From contig CALVEI010000001.1 of the NCBI GenBank assembly GCA_944326515.1, positions 73,604 to 137,603 on the forward strand: a DNA stretch of 64,000 bases, given 5' to 3'. The notes under the pieces are model-generated. The model searched no databases, was not told where the DNA came from, and saw only the letters and a list, made by a program, of their open reading frames with translations. Shown one piece after another: positions 44,905-53,919 of the stretch (its first letter is position 1; every line of letters starts with the position of its first letter). The position numbers and the translations under genes are program-made. The DNA is from Candidatus Gastranaerophilales bacterium (lineage in GTDB: Bacteria; Cyanobacteriota; Vampirovibrionia; Gastranaerophilales; Gastranaerophilaceae).

Positions 44905-46158
44905 ATGACAAAAGAGAATTATAATAAAGAAGAAAACGGAGTATCGGTCTTTTCAAGAAGTGCAGAGCTATTAGGTGAAGATCCGTTAGAAGAGATTTTT
45001 GCGCTTAATTTGGGCGATTTTTTAACTGAACATTTGATATCCGATGAACTTGCACAAAAGATTAAACAACACGATTCAAAAGATAAAGCTGAAAGTTTGA
45101 AAAAACAGCTCAAGGAGCTTATTTCTATTTATTCAATAAACAATACTCTCAGCGTACTAGGTTTTACAAATAAAGAAGATTACGTTATCTACAATTCTAT
45201 TGCCAAAACAATTGTGCAAATGATTGATGCAAAAGAGTGTCATATCTTTCTTGCCAATGAGTATGTAACAGGCATGGAATCTGATTCTACAGGTGTTGTT
45301 CTTGTAGGTTCTTCTATGAATACAGATGATGTTATTGATTGTGATAATCCTTCTTTAATAAAAATTATAATGCACTATGGCACAGAAAATACAGGTTTGA
45401 TAATGCTTTTGCCTCAAGAAGGTAAGGAAATTTCTGAAGAATTTATTAAATTAATAAAGGTTACTTCAAAACTTTTTGCAATATCAATGATTTTGCAAAA
45501 ACTTACTGATGAAACTTCTAAAGCAATGGAAGACGAAGGTGTAACAAGTTCTGAGCTTCAACATTATCGTGCTGAATTGACTGCGGTAATTGGTGATTTG
45601 GGTGAAGAACAACAAAACTTTGTAGAAATGCTGGCAAAAGCAGTTGATGCCAAGAGCGAATATCATAATAACCATTCTCAACGTGTTGCCGATATGGCCA
45701 AAATGATATGCGAGTACCTTGGTTTGAACGAAAAAACAAAAGATTTGATATATTATGCAGGTCTCTTGCAGAATATCGGTAAGATTACTCTGCCGGAAGA
45801 GTTGTTTAATAAGAAAGAAAAACTTTCCAAAGAAGATTGGGACGCTTTACAAAATCACCCTAATGTAGGGGTAAGTTTACTTATGAGTATTAACTTCCTT
45901 GCTGAAGTTATTCCTTATATTCACTATCACAAAGAACGATGGGATGGTCGAGGTGAGCCGGAAGGTTTGCGTGGTCACAGTATTCCGCTCGGCTCAAGAA
46001 TCATTGCACTGGCTGATGCCTATTGTGCTTTAACAGAAAACAGACCATACCGTGATGCGATGAGCAATGAAAAAGCCTTGCAGATTGTTAAAGAAGAATC
46101 TGAAAGCAAATGGGATCCTGCTCTGGTAAATGCATTGGAATGTTTGCTTTCCAGATAA
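44905..46158 (+). CDS. Degenerate HD-GYP domain protein (QN...GEP variant) with an N-terminal GAF-like sensor region
   Basis: HSQRVADMA, then LLQNIGK where LLHDIGK is expected. HYHKERWDGRGEPEGL appears where HHERWDGxGYP is expected. Otherwise collinear with the canonical copy at 16593. Confidence 0.8.
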   Translation: MTKENYNKEENGVSVFSRSAELLGEDPLEEIFALNLGDFLTEHLISDELAQKIKQHDSKDKAESLKKQLKELISIYSINNTLSVLGFTNKEDYVIYNSIAKTIVQMIDAKECHIFLANEYVTGMESDSTGVVLVGSSMNTDDVIDCDNPSLIKIIMHYGTENTGLIMLLPQEGKEISEEFIKLIKVTSKLFAISMILQKLTDETSKAMEDEGVTSSELQHYRAELTAVIGDLGEEQQNFVEMLAKAVDAKSEYHNNHSQRVADMAKMICEYLGLNEKTKDLIYYAGLLQNIGKITLPEELFNKKEKLSKEDWDALQNHPNVGVSLLMSINFLAEVIPYIHYHKERWDGRGEPEGLRGHSIPLGSRIIALADAYCALTENRPYRDAMSNEKALQIVKEESESKWDPALVNALECLLSR

Positions 46159-46185
46159 GGTATCTCTGTTAGAGATGAGCGAAAA

Positions 46186-46956
46186 ATGATAAAAAGAATT
46201 TTAGCAATAATACTTGTGCTGGTGTTGATTACGCCAATGAGTTCATTTGCTGCTGCTAAAAAAAAGAAAGTCAGCTATGTGAACTTGACATACGAGACTG
46301 ATGACAATTTTGTCATAAAATCTAAACTTTACTATCCTAATCAAAAGGCCGCAGTCTATCCTGTTGTTGTGTTTTTACATTCAATAGGGTATTCCAGCGA
46401 GTATTGGGGTAATATAACTCAAGATTTTCTTAAATCAGGAATTGCTGTTTTGGTTATTGATTTAAGAGGCCATGGGCAAAGTGTTTATGATTCTGATTTT
46501 AGAATTCGTTCTTGGAGATATTACTCTAATAAACAATTTGCAAAATATCCTAAAGATATATCAGATATTTTAAAATATCTTGCAAGCAATTATAAAGATA
46601 TTTCAACAACAAAATACGCAATAATAGGTGCTGATATCGGTGCTAATACTGCAGTACTTGTAAGTGAAAAAATGGTAAACAAGCCTAAAGCCTTGGTTCT
46701 TATGTCTCCGACAAGTAATTTTAAGGGGCTTTATATTCCTATTTCCATGACAAATTTGGGTAAAATCCCTATAATGACTATCGTTAGTAACAAAGATATT
46801 TATTCTAAAAAAGAAGCTACTACTTTGAAAAAATTTGCACAAGCAGAATACAATCTCAAAGTATATCCTGTTGGTGGAATGGGTATGTTAATGCTTAAAT
46901 CAAATCCTTCTATGAGCAAGGATATTTTAGATTGGGTCTTGCCAAAAATTAAATAG
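46186..46956 (+). CDS. Secreted alpha/beta-fold hydrolase
   Basis: Signal peptide, then VVVFLHSIGYSSEYW...VIDLRGHGQS and GADIGAN around the nucleophile-elbow position. Confidence 0.65.
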   Translation: MIKRILAIILVLVLITPMSSFAAAKKKKVSYVNLTYETDDNFVIKSKLYYPNQKAAVYPVVVFLHSIGYSSEYWGNITQDFLKSGIAVLVIDLRGHGQSVYDSDFRIRSWRYYSNKQFAKYPKDISDILKYLASNYKDISTTKYAIIGADIGANTAVLVSEKMVNKPKALVLMSPTSNFKGLYIPISMTNLGKIPIMTIVSNKDIYSKKEATTLKKFAQAEYNLKVYPVGGMGMLMLKSNPSMSKDILDWVLPKIK

Positions 46957-46990
46957 CAATTTTATTTTTTCACGCAATTTATAGTACGTG

Positions 46991-48145
46991 ATGAAAATAA
47001 GTTCTAACTGCAATTTTAATTATAAAGTTCAAAACTCCGGATTATCACACCAATCTTTTAGGGGGTATGATGCACGCCCGTTAAAGGCTGTTGTAATGAC
47101 TGTTTGTGATGACCCTAATGCTTTTGATGTTGTAAAACAAGTTTCACAAATCGGTAAAAAAGACGGTTTTGAAGTTTATTTTGCTCATTCATCAAATAAA
47201 ATTTATCGTAGTTTAAATGCGATTAAGAAATTTTTTACCGAAAAATACGGTGGTTATTGCAAATGGGTACAAGATGTTTTTTGTGTGACGCCTAATGATG
47301 CTGTGGTTTCTTCTCACTTTCCTGCAGATGAAGAATTGGCTGTTCTAACTTCTAAATTTTTGAATAAAAAATATCAAAAACTTAACGATATAGTAGAAGG
47401 CGGCAATAAATTTTTTGTTAAAAACGGTGACAAACAAGAACTTTTGCTTGGAAGCAATGAAAAATCTCTCGGTGATGTTGATTTTTTAAAAAAGATGTAC
47501 GGAGTATCAGATGTACATTTTATTCCGCAAGCTGATTATCATTTGGATTTGTTTATTCGTCCGTTAAAGAACAAGCAGGTTTTAGTTGCTGATGACAAAT
47601 TGATGATTAAAGAGTTAAAAAATGCTTTATCTAATATAGAAAAATGTAAAAAGTCTCTATCAGATACCAAAGAAATACAAAAATTGGAAGAAACCAAAAA
47701 AGAGATAGAAAAAGTTTTAAAAGATTTTAAAAATGAAGTAAAAATCTCTCAAAATCCTACTGTCGATGAAGTTTCAGAATCTTTAAAAAAAGCAGGTTAT
47801 GAGCCTGTCAGAGTTCCGGGGAGACTCTATTATGTAATTCCTAACAAAGGGGCTGATGATTTGGCTTCTCGACTAAATTATCTCAATGCTGTTGTACACG
47901 AAAAAAATGACGGCACATTAACTTTTATAACCAACAAATCAGCTCTTAATGAAAAATGTCATATTACTCCAGAGATTTCTGAAAAAATAGATTTTGATTT
48001 TGAAAAAGTTTTTGTTAAATACTTAAAACCCTATGTTAACGCTGATGATGTGCATTTTATTTCAGGAAAAGAAAACTATATTGCTGATGTTTTAGAAAAT
48101 CAAAGCGGTGGCATACATTGTATGTGTACAGAGATTCCTCGATAA
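46991..48145 (+). CDS. Guanidino-group-modifying enzyme superfamily protein (agmatine deiminase / Porphyromonas-type PAD-like) with a coiled-coil insertion
   Basis: Ordered motifs WVQDVF, EGGNKF, ADYHLDLFIRP, LNYLNAVV and terminal GGIHCMCTEIP (catalytic Cys context). A K/E-rich insert of about 60 aa lies between the HLD and NYLN motifs. Confidence 0.6.
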   Translation: MKISSNCNFNYKVQNSGLSHQSFRGYDARPLKAVVMTVCDDPNAFDVVKQVSQIGKKDGFEVYFAHSSNKIYRSLNAIKKFFTEKYGGYCKWVQDVFCVTPNDAVVSSHFPADEELAVLTSKFLNKKYQKLNDIVEGGNKFFVKNGDKQELLLGSNEKSLGDVDFLKKMYGVSDVHFIPQADYHLDLFIRPLKNKQVLVADDKLMIKELKNALSNIEKCKKSLSDTKEIQKLEETKKEIEKVLKDFKNEVKISQNPTVDEVSESLKKAGYEPVRVPGRLYYVIPNKGADDLASRLNYLNAVVHEKNDGTLTFITNKSALNEKCHITPEISEKIDFDFEKVFVKYLKPYVNADDVHFISGKENYIADVLENQSGGIHCMCTEIPR

Positions 48146-48246
48146 AATCTTCGATGCACATGACTTTTTAAAAAAAATCATTAATTTATAGGAGTAGATT
48201 TTATCCTCTAAATGTATGAAAATTAACTGAAATCGTGCATTTGGAG

Positions 48247-48275
48247 TTAACTTCTACCGTAATTGATAGTATAAT
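48247..48275 (+). promoter_or_regulatory. Candidate sigma70-type promoter for fliF
   Basis: TTAACT, 17-nt spacer, TATAAT, 27 nt upstream of the fliF ATG. Confidence 0.4.
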
Positions 48276-48301
48276 CTAAATGAGGCAGGAAAAAACTATA
48301 G

Positions 48302-49930
48302 ATGGATTTTCAAAAGATACTCGAAAACAAGCCATTACTGTATGGGATAATAGGGGGACTCGTAGTCGTTCTTGCACTGTTTATAACAGTTGGCATTGTT
48401 GTGTCTTCAAATAATTCAGGAGCCCCAAAAGCAGTTAAAGAAAAAGTTATTGACCAGCCTCTTGACCTTTTAACTACTGATAATCTTGGTAAAGCTATAG
48501 AAATACAAGCACTTCTTGCAAGAGAAGGTATTACTGTTGAAAGACGTGCTGACGGTCAAAAATCTGTTTTGTATTTGAGAAAATATACTATGACTCAAAG
48601 AGACAGAGCTTTGCTTGCTATTGTTAAAAGCGGACTTGTTGACCAAAATATCGGGTTAGAGATTTTTGATAAAGGCGACTTCACTTCTACAAAAGAAGAT
48701 AAAAGAATTCGTCTTACTCGTGCAATTAACGGTGAATTGTCTCGTTTAATCAGAAAAATTCCTCCTATAGAAAACGCCTCTGTATTTGTTTCTATTCCTG
48801 AGCAGGTAATGTTTGAACAAGACCAAAAACCGATTACAGCAACAGTTCAAATCGTTATGCCAAGCGGTGAAAAGCTTGATAATATGAAAGTTAAAGCAAT
48901 AAGAAACTTGTTGCTAGGTTCTGTAAATGGTTTGGAAGCAGAAAATATTTCTATTACAGATACAAACGGAAACGTTTATGATTCAATAGCATCTGCTGAC
49001 GATGATATGCTTGCAAAACTTGAAGAAAATGACCAGTATATGCAAGCAAAAGTTAAAACTCAGCTTGATAAATTAATCGGAAAAGGCAACTATGCGGTTA
49101 CTGTCAGCACATATTTAAGACAGTCACCAATGCAAAAAGATGCTATTGACTTTGATCCTACAAAGAAAACCTCTTTAACAGAACAAACATTCTCTGAAGG
49201 TTTGGGTGACCAGACAAGAGATACAAATAAAGGTATAAGTGCAGTTAGTGTTTACCTGCCAAACGGCTTGCCTGCCAACAATGCTGACTCTGCACAAAAC
49301 AGAAGCTACTCAAGAACAGCAAGAGAATCTCAATACGGTGTACCAAAAATACAAACAAGTGAGCTTGTTAAACCGGGTACTATAGAAGATATCTCTATTG
49401 CAGTTACTCTCGAAGAAAGTGCAATTCCTGCCAATATGACACTTGAAGAGTTAAAGGTTTTAATTGCAAAAGCAGCTTCTCCTAAAGCAAAACCTGAAAA
49501 TGTAGAAATTGCATTCTCTGATTCTGTTGACCCATTCTTAGCCGGTGACAAACCTGAATCATTACCAAAACCTGATTCTACAGGTAACCCTTGGTGGATT
49601 GCAATTGCTTTGATTTTAATAGGTCTTGGCGTTGGGCTTAAGTTCTTGTCTGATAGAGTTAAATCTGCTCAAGAAAAACAAAAAGAAGAAATTGAAATGC
49701 TCAGAGAAAAAACAAAAGACCAAGAAAAACAAATCAGAGATGTTAACCTAAAAGCTGCAGAGCTTATCGAAAGACAAACTCAACTTGCTCAAGGTATGCT
49801 TGAACAAAAACAAAGAGCTCAATCTATACCTGAGTTAAACTCTACATTGTCTGATATAGCTGCTGAGCTTGAAGGACTTGATAACGAGGATGTTGCTGAC
49901 CACGTTAAAAGCTGGATAGAACGCAATTAG
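48302..49930 (+). CDS. fliF: Flagellar M-ring protein FliF
   Basis: N-terminal TM, LLAREGITVERRADG...LYL, a second TM near the C-terminus, and the C-terminal VADHVKSWIERN FliG-binding-type tail. Confidence 0.9.
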   Translation: MDFQKILENKPLLYGIIGGLVVVLALFITVGIVVSSNNSGAPKAVKEKVIDQPLDLLTTDNLGKAIEIQALLAREGITVERRADGQKSVLYLRKYTMTQRDRALLAIVKSGLVDQNIGLEIFDKGDFTSTKEDKRIRLTRAINGELSRLIRKIPPIENASVFVSIPEQVMFEQDQKPITATVQIVMPSGEKLDNMKVKAIRNLLLGSVNGLEAENISITDTNGNVYDSIASADDDMLAKLEENDQYMQAKVKTQLDKLIGKGNYAVTVSTYLRQSPMQKDAIDFDPTKKTSLTEQTFSEGLGDQTRDTNKGISAVSVYLPNGLPANNADSAQNRSYSRTARESQYGVPKIQTSELVKPGTIEDISIAVTLEESAIPANMTLEELKVLIAKAASPKAKPENVEIAFSDSVDPFLAGDKPESLPKPDSTGNPWWIAIALILIGLGVGLKFLSDRVKSAQEKQKEEIEMLREKTKDQEKQIRDVNLKAAELIERQTQLAQGMLEQKQRAQSIPELNSTLSDIAAELEGLDNEDVADHVKSWIERN

Positions 49931-49999
49931 ATAACAAAACTAATTAAAAAAATACAAAAGTATTTAAACTATTAAAACTACAAACAGGGGGAGAATAAA

Positions 50000-51001
50000 T
50001 TGCCAATAGAAGGATTTGATTATAAAGCGTTTGCCAAAAACCTGGCTGAACAGGTTGGCCCTGCTTTGCCTCCGGATTTGATTGATGCCGACAGGCAGTA
50101 CATTATAAATATCGTTCACAATTTTTGTTACATGGCAGGTGAGGCACTTGCTAACGATACGACAATAAATTTTAATGCGGATCAGGCATGTATTGTTACT
50201 CAATTTATTGGAGAATGGGCTTTTCATAAGGCTATTGATATTATCAGAAGCCAAATTGACCCTCAGTTTAGAGATGGGATTCTTCAAAAAATTGCGTTTA
50301 CTGTATTTGAAATTGCAAAAACTGCAACCATAAAAAATATGCCGCAGGCTGATATGATTGCTGTTGTTGAGTTTCAGGTTAAAAAAGCTTATAACGAAGC
50401 TCTTGAAGAATTAAAAAGCAGAGGCGTTTTAAACGATGCCCAAGTTGCAGAAGCTTTAAGCCATTCAAATATAGATGAAATGGCTCAGCAAGCTGCACAA
50501 GAAGAGGCTCAACAACAAGAACAAGCCCAAAATGCAGGTGCTCAACAGCCTGTTGCTAACAATGATTATGCTAATCAGATTAGTGATAACAAAATACTTA
50601 AGCTTGCCACTTTTGCGATTGTATTGAAGCATCTTCCGCCTGATAAAAGACAAGGGCTTTTAGAAAGATTTAATGAAAACGATGCTGCTATTTTAAGAGA
50701 TTATGCATCGATGGAGGATTTAGAAACAAAACTTGATCCAAATATTGTGGCGAAAGGTTTAAAAGAAATCAAAAATTCTTTACCAAAATCAAAAAAAATT
50801 AATCCGGCCAGAGTTAACCAAAAATTATATAATATTGTAAAAAGTTCGGCCATTTCAAAAATTTCTAATATTATGGGAAAAGAAAGAAAAGCCTTAAGGG
50901 ATTATGTTGCTAATGTCGCTTCAGGCAATAAAAACTCACCAATAACACCGCGTATTGCCGATATAATCTGCAATCACTTGGAAGAAAAACTTACACGTTA
51001 A
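50000..51001 (+). CDS. Hypothetical two-domain protein occupying the fliG position. Only a FliG-N-like segment is recognisable.
   Basis: 333 aa with a Q/A-rich linker. Residues ~195-270 (KILKLATFAIVLKHLPPDKRQGLLERFNENDAAILRDYASMEDL) resemble the FliG N domain. No EHPQ, Gly-Gly or MFxFEDL-type FliG M/C motifs were seen. Confidence 0.55.
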   Translation: MPIEGFDYKAFAKNLAEQVGPALPPDLIDADRQYIINIVHNFCYMAGEALANDTTINFNADQACIVTQFIGEWAFHKAIDIIRSQIDPQFRDGILQKIAFTVFEIAKTATIKNMPQADMIAVVEFQVKKAYNEALEELKSRGVLNDAQVAEALSHSNIDEMAQQAAQEEAQQQEQAQNAGAQQPVANNDYANQISDNKILKLATFAIVLKHLPPDKRQGLLERFNENDAAILRDYASMEDLETKLDPNIVAKGLKEIKNSLPKSKKINPARVNQKLYNIVKSSAISKISNIMGKERKALRDYVANVASGNKNSPITPRIADIICNHLEEKLTR

Positions 51002-51026
51002 TAAAACCTGCAGGAAATGTTAACGG

Positions 51027-51806
51027 ATGATTATAAAAAAATACAACCAAAGAAAAATCACAAAACCTCAAATAAAAGAAACACCACCTGTCCAAGAAGT
51101 TGAACAGGAAGTTGTTGTGCAGCCTCAAAATGAGCCCGAACAACAACAGGTTGTGGAAGAACAACCTCAAGAGCCTGAGCCTAAAGAGGATAAGGCAGAT
51201 ATTTTTGCGGGCTTTAATTTTGATGAAATAGAGTTCAATCAAAGAGCAGAAAGACGTCGTGGTGATAGAAGAAGAGGCTATCGTCGTATTGATGACAGAA
51301 ATTTAATTTCTCGTGCGCAACAAGAGGCAATAATGATTAAAGAACAAGCCTCTAAAGAAGGTTATGAAAAAGGGCTTGTAGAAGCTCATTCTTCTGTAAA
51401 AACTCTTAAAAATGCTATTGAAGAATTTTTCTCATACAAAGATAAAGTTTATCAAAAAGTGTCGGAAGATATTTTAGATATATCGTTAAAAGTTGCGGAA
51501 AAAATTATCAAAAGAGAGGTTCAAAGCGACAGGACAGTACTTGATTCGATTGTTAACGACGCATTAAAAAGTCTTGCTAAAGATGAAAATAAAATTATAC
51601 TTAAAGTAAATCCAACCGATGTTGAATATACAAAAGATATTGTTCCAAACCTTTTGTCATCAGGTCAATTTGAAGCTAAAATTTATGTATCAGGTGACAA
51701 AGATGTTGAAGAAGGTTCTGCTGTTATTGAAACATCAAATGGTATTATCGATGCAAATATAAAAACTCAGTTGGAACTTATAAAGGAGGCATTTAAACAA
51801 ATCTGA
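51027..51806 (+). CDS. fliH: Flagellar assembly protein FliH (with a P/E/Q-rich N-terminal extension)
   Basis: Central coiled coil (AQQEAIMIKEQASKEGYEKG) and a FliH/YscL-type C-domain (IILKVNP...GSAVIETSNGIIDANIKTQL). Confidence 0.75.
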   Translation: MIIKKYNQRKITKPQIKETPPVQEVEQEVVVQPQNEPEQQQVVEEQPQEPEPKEDKADIFAGFNFDEIEFNQRAERRRGDRRRGYRRIDDRNLISRAQQEAIMIKEQASKEGYEKGLVEAHSSVKTLKNAIEEFFSYKDKVYQKVSEDILDISLKVAEKIIKREVQSDRTVLDSIVNDALKSLAKDENKIILKVNPTDVEYTKDIVPNLLSSGQFEAKIYVSGDKDVEEGSAVIETSNGIIDANIKTQLELIKEAFKQI

Positions 51807-53905
51807 TGGCAGGAGCACAAGGTTCATCAAATACAGTAAGTGAATTAGCATTAGCGATATTTGTTGTAGCGCTGATACTTATCCTGCTTATAGAAGTGCC
51901 TACTTGGATTATCAACTTTTCGATATCTTTGAATATTACGTTGGGTATTGTTCTTTTGATGATATCCTTGTATATTCAAAAGCCTTTAGAATTGGCAGCT
52001 TTTCCATCTATTATTCTTATCGGTACGATGTTTCGTTTGGTATTGGGTATTGCTTCAACAAGGTTAATTTTGGCAAAAGGCGAAGCTGGTGAGGTAATCC
52101 ACGCATTTGGTACGTTCGTAACCGGTGGTAACATGGTTGTAGGTGGTGTAATCTTTATTATCATTACGATTGTACAATTTATGGTAATTACAAAAGGTGC
52201 GGAACGTATCGCTGAGGTATCTGCAAGGTTTGCATTGGACGCTATGCCTGGTAAGCAAATGACTATCGACGCGGATTTTAACGCTGGTTTGATATCTCCC
52301 GACGAAGCTGTAAAAAGACGTGAAGACTTGCAAAGAGAATCTGCATTATTCGGTTCTATGGATGGTGCGATGAAGTTTGTAAAAGGTGATACTATGGCCG
52401 GTATCATCATTGTAATCATCAACATTATCGGTGGTTTGTGTATCGGTATGTTGCAACAAGGTATGCCTGCAGCTGATGCTGTTGCTAAATATACAATTCT
52501 TACAATCGGTGACGGTTTGTCCTCTCAGGTTCCGTCATTGTTAATGGCGATTTCAGCAGGTATCGTTATGACACGTGCTTCTGCCGCAAGTCCAAGCTTG
52601 GCTACTGATGTTGCCGGTCAAATTTTAAGTAAACCGATGAGTTTGTTTTGTGCGGTTGGTTTCTTGCTGTTGATTGCAGTAACAAGCCATTGGACAGGCT
52701 TGCCTTGGCTTCCGTTTACAATCTTTGCGATAATTATTACTATTGCTGCTTTCTCAGTTCTTGTTAACCAAGATGTTCAAGCTCAGTTGGGTCAGTTAGA
52801 AAATGTTAAGCAAAACATGCAAGACCTTGTTAACCCTAACAAAATGTATGAACGTTTGGGTGTTGACGTATTGAGTTTGCAGGTAGGTTCAGGCTTGTTA
52901 CCTATTGCTGATCCTGATCAGGAAGGTCAATTGCTTGCTAAGATTGCTGCTTTGCGTCAACGTGTAACAGATGAACTCGGTTATATCATACCAAACATAA
53001 GAATTATGGACTCATCGGCACTTGATGCTAACGAGTATTTGATTTCAATACGTGGTAACAAAGTTGCAACAGGTTTTGTTTACCCTGGTAAGCTCATGGT
53101 TATTGCCGATCAGTGGGATTCTACCGGCAAGCCAACTCCTGCTGATACTATTGTAAATATTGACCCTACATATCAGGCTCAAGCTTATTGGGTTGATCCG
53201 TCACAGATTGATGAAAATGATCATCTCACAGCGGTTGATTCTGTTGATGTAATTGTTACTCACCTTCAAGAGTGTGTAAGAAAATACGTTGATGAGGTTA
53301 TGACAAAAACTGACGTTCTTAAACTTATGGAACTTGTTAAATCTCAAGACCCGACACTTGTTAACGACCTTATTCCTACAATTATTTCAACAAGTGACTT
53401 GAGAAAAATATTTGTTAACCTTATCAGAGAAAAAGTTTCTATCAAAGATATTATCTTTATTTTTGAAAGACTTTGCGACTATGCAAGATTTTCTAAAGAA
53501 CCTGATATCCTTTCTGAACGTATCAGAGCGGCACTCGGTCGTCAGATTTGTTTGTCTAACTGTACGGAAGATAAAGTTCTTTATGCGCTTACTCTTTCAA
53601 GTGAGTGGGAAAAAACTCTTGATGACAGCTGTCAAAGAACAGAGCTTGGCACAATGTTCTTGTTAAACCCTATGCAGGTTCAAGAGCTTATTGAAACAAC
53701 CGCTTCAACCCTTATGAGAGCACACCAGACAGTGGGCAGACAGCCTGTAATCTTGTGTTCTCCAAGAATCAGATTGCCTTTGTATCAGTTGCTTGAAAGA
53801 CATATTCCAACAATCGTTGTTATCTCTTACAGTGAATTAATCACAGATATTAAGGTAGAAGCTGTTGATACAATCGGCGAAATGTATTCAACTGATTATC
53901 AATAA
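51806..53905 (+). CDS. flhA: Flagellar export gate protein FlhA
   Basis: 699 aa with the conserved FHIPEP region (RFALDAMPGKQMTIDAD...GSMDGAMKFVKGD) and a cytoplasmic C-domain. Confidence 0.95.
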   Translation: MAGAQGSSNTVSELALAIFVVALILILLIEVPTWIINFSISLNITLGIVLLMISLYIQKPLELAAFPSIILIGTMFRLVLGIASTRLILAKGEAGEVIHAFGTFVTGGNMVVGGVIFIIITIVQFMVITKGAERIAEVSARFALDAMPGKQMTIDADFNAGLISPDEAVKRREDLQRESALFGSMDGAMKFVKGDTMAGIIIVIINIIGGLCIGMLQQGMPAADAVAKYTILTIGDGLSSQVPSLLMAISAGIVMTRASAASPSLATDVAGQILSKPMSLFCAVGFLLLIAVTSHWTGLPWLPFTIFAIIITIAAFSVLVNQDVQAQLGQLENVKQNMQDLVNPNKMYERLGVDVLSLQVGSGLLPIADPDQEGQLLAKIAALRQRVTDELGYIIPNIRIMDSSALDANEYLISIRGNKVATGFVYPGKLMVIADQWDSTGKPTPADTIVNIDPTYQAQAYWVDPSQIDENDHLTAVDSVDVIVTHLQECVRKYVDEVMTKTDVLKLMELVKSQDPTLVNDLIPTIISTSDLRKIFVNLIREKVSIKDIIFIFERLCDYARFSKEPDILSERIRAALGRQICLSNCTEDKVLYALTLSSEWEKTLDDSCQRTELGTMFLLNPMQVQELIETTASTLMRAHQTVGRQPVILCSPRIRLPLYQLLERHIPTIVVISYSELITDIKVEAVDTIGEMYSTDYQ

Positions 53906-53919
53906 TAAAGAAGGATGTT

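Noticed and set aside
51976-52425. 149-aa and 89-aa minus-strand ORFs inside flhA
   Set aside because: They are antisense shadow ORFs within the most conserved part of flhA.
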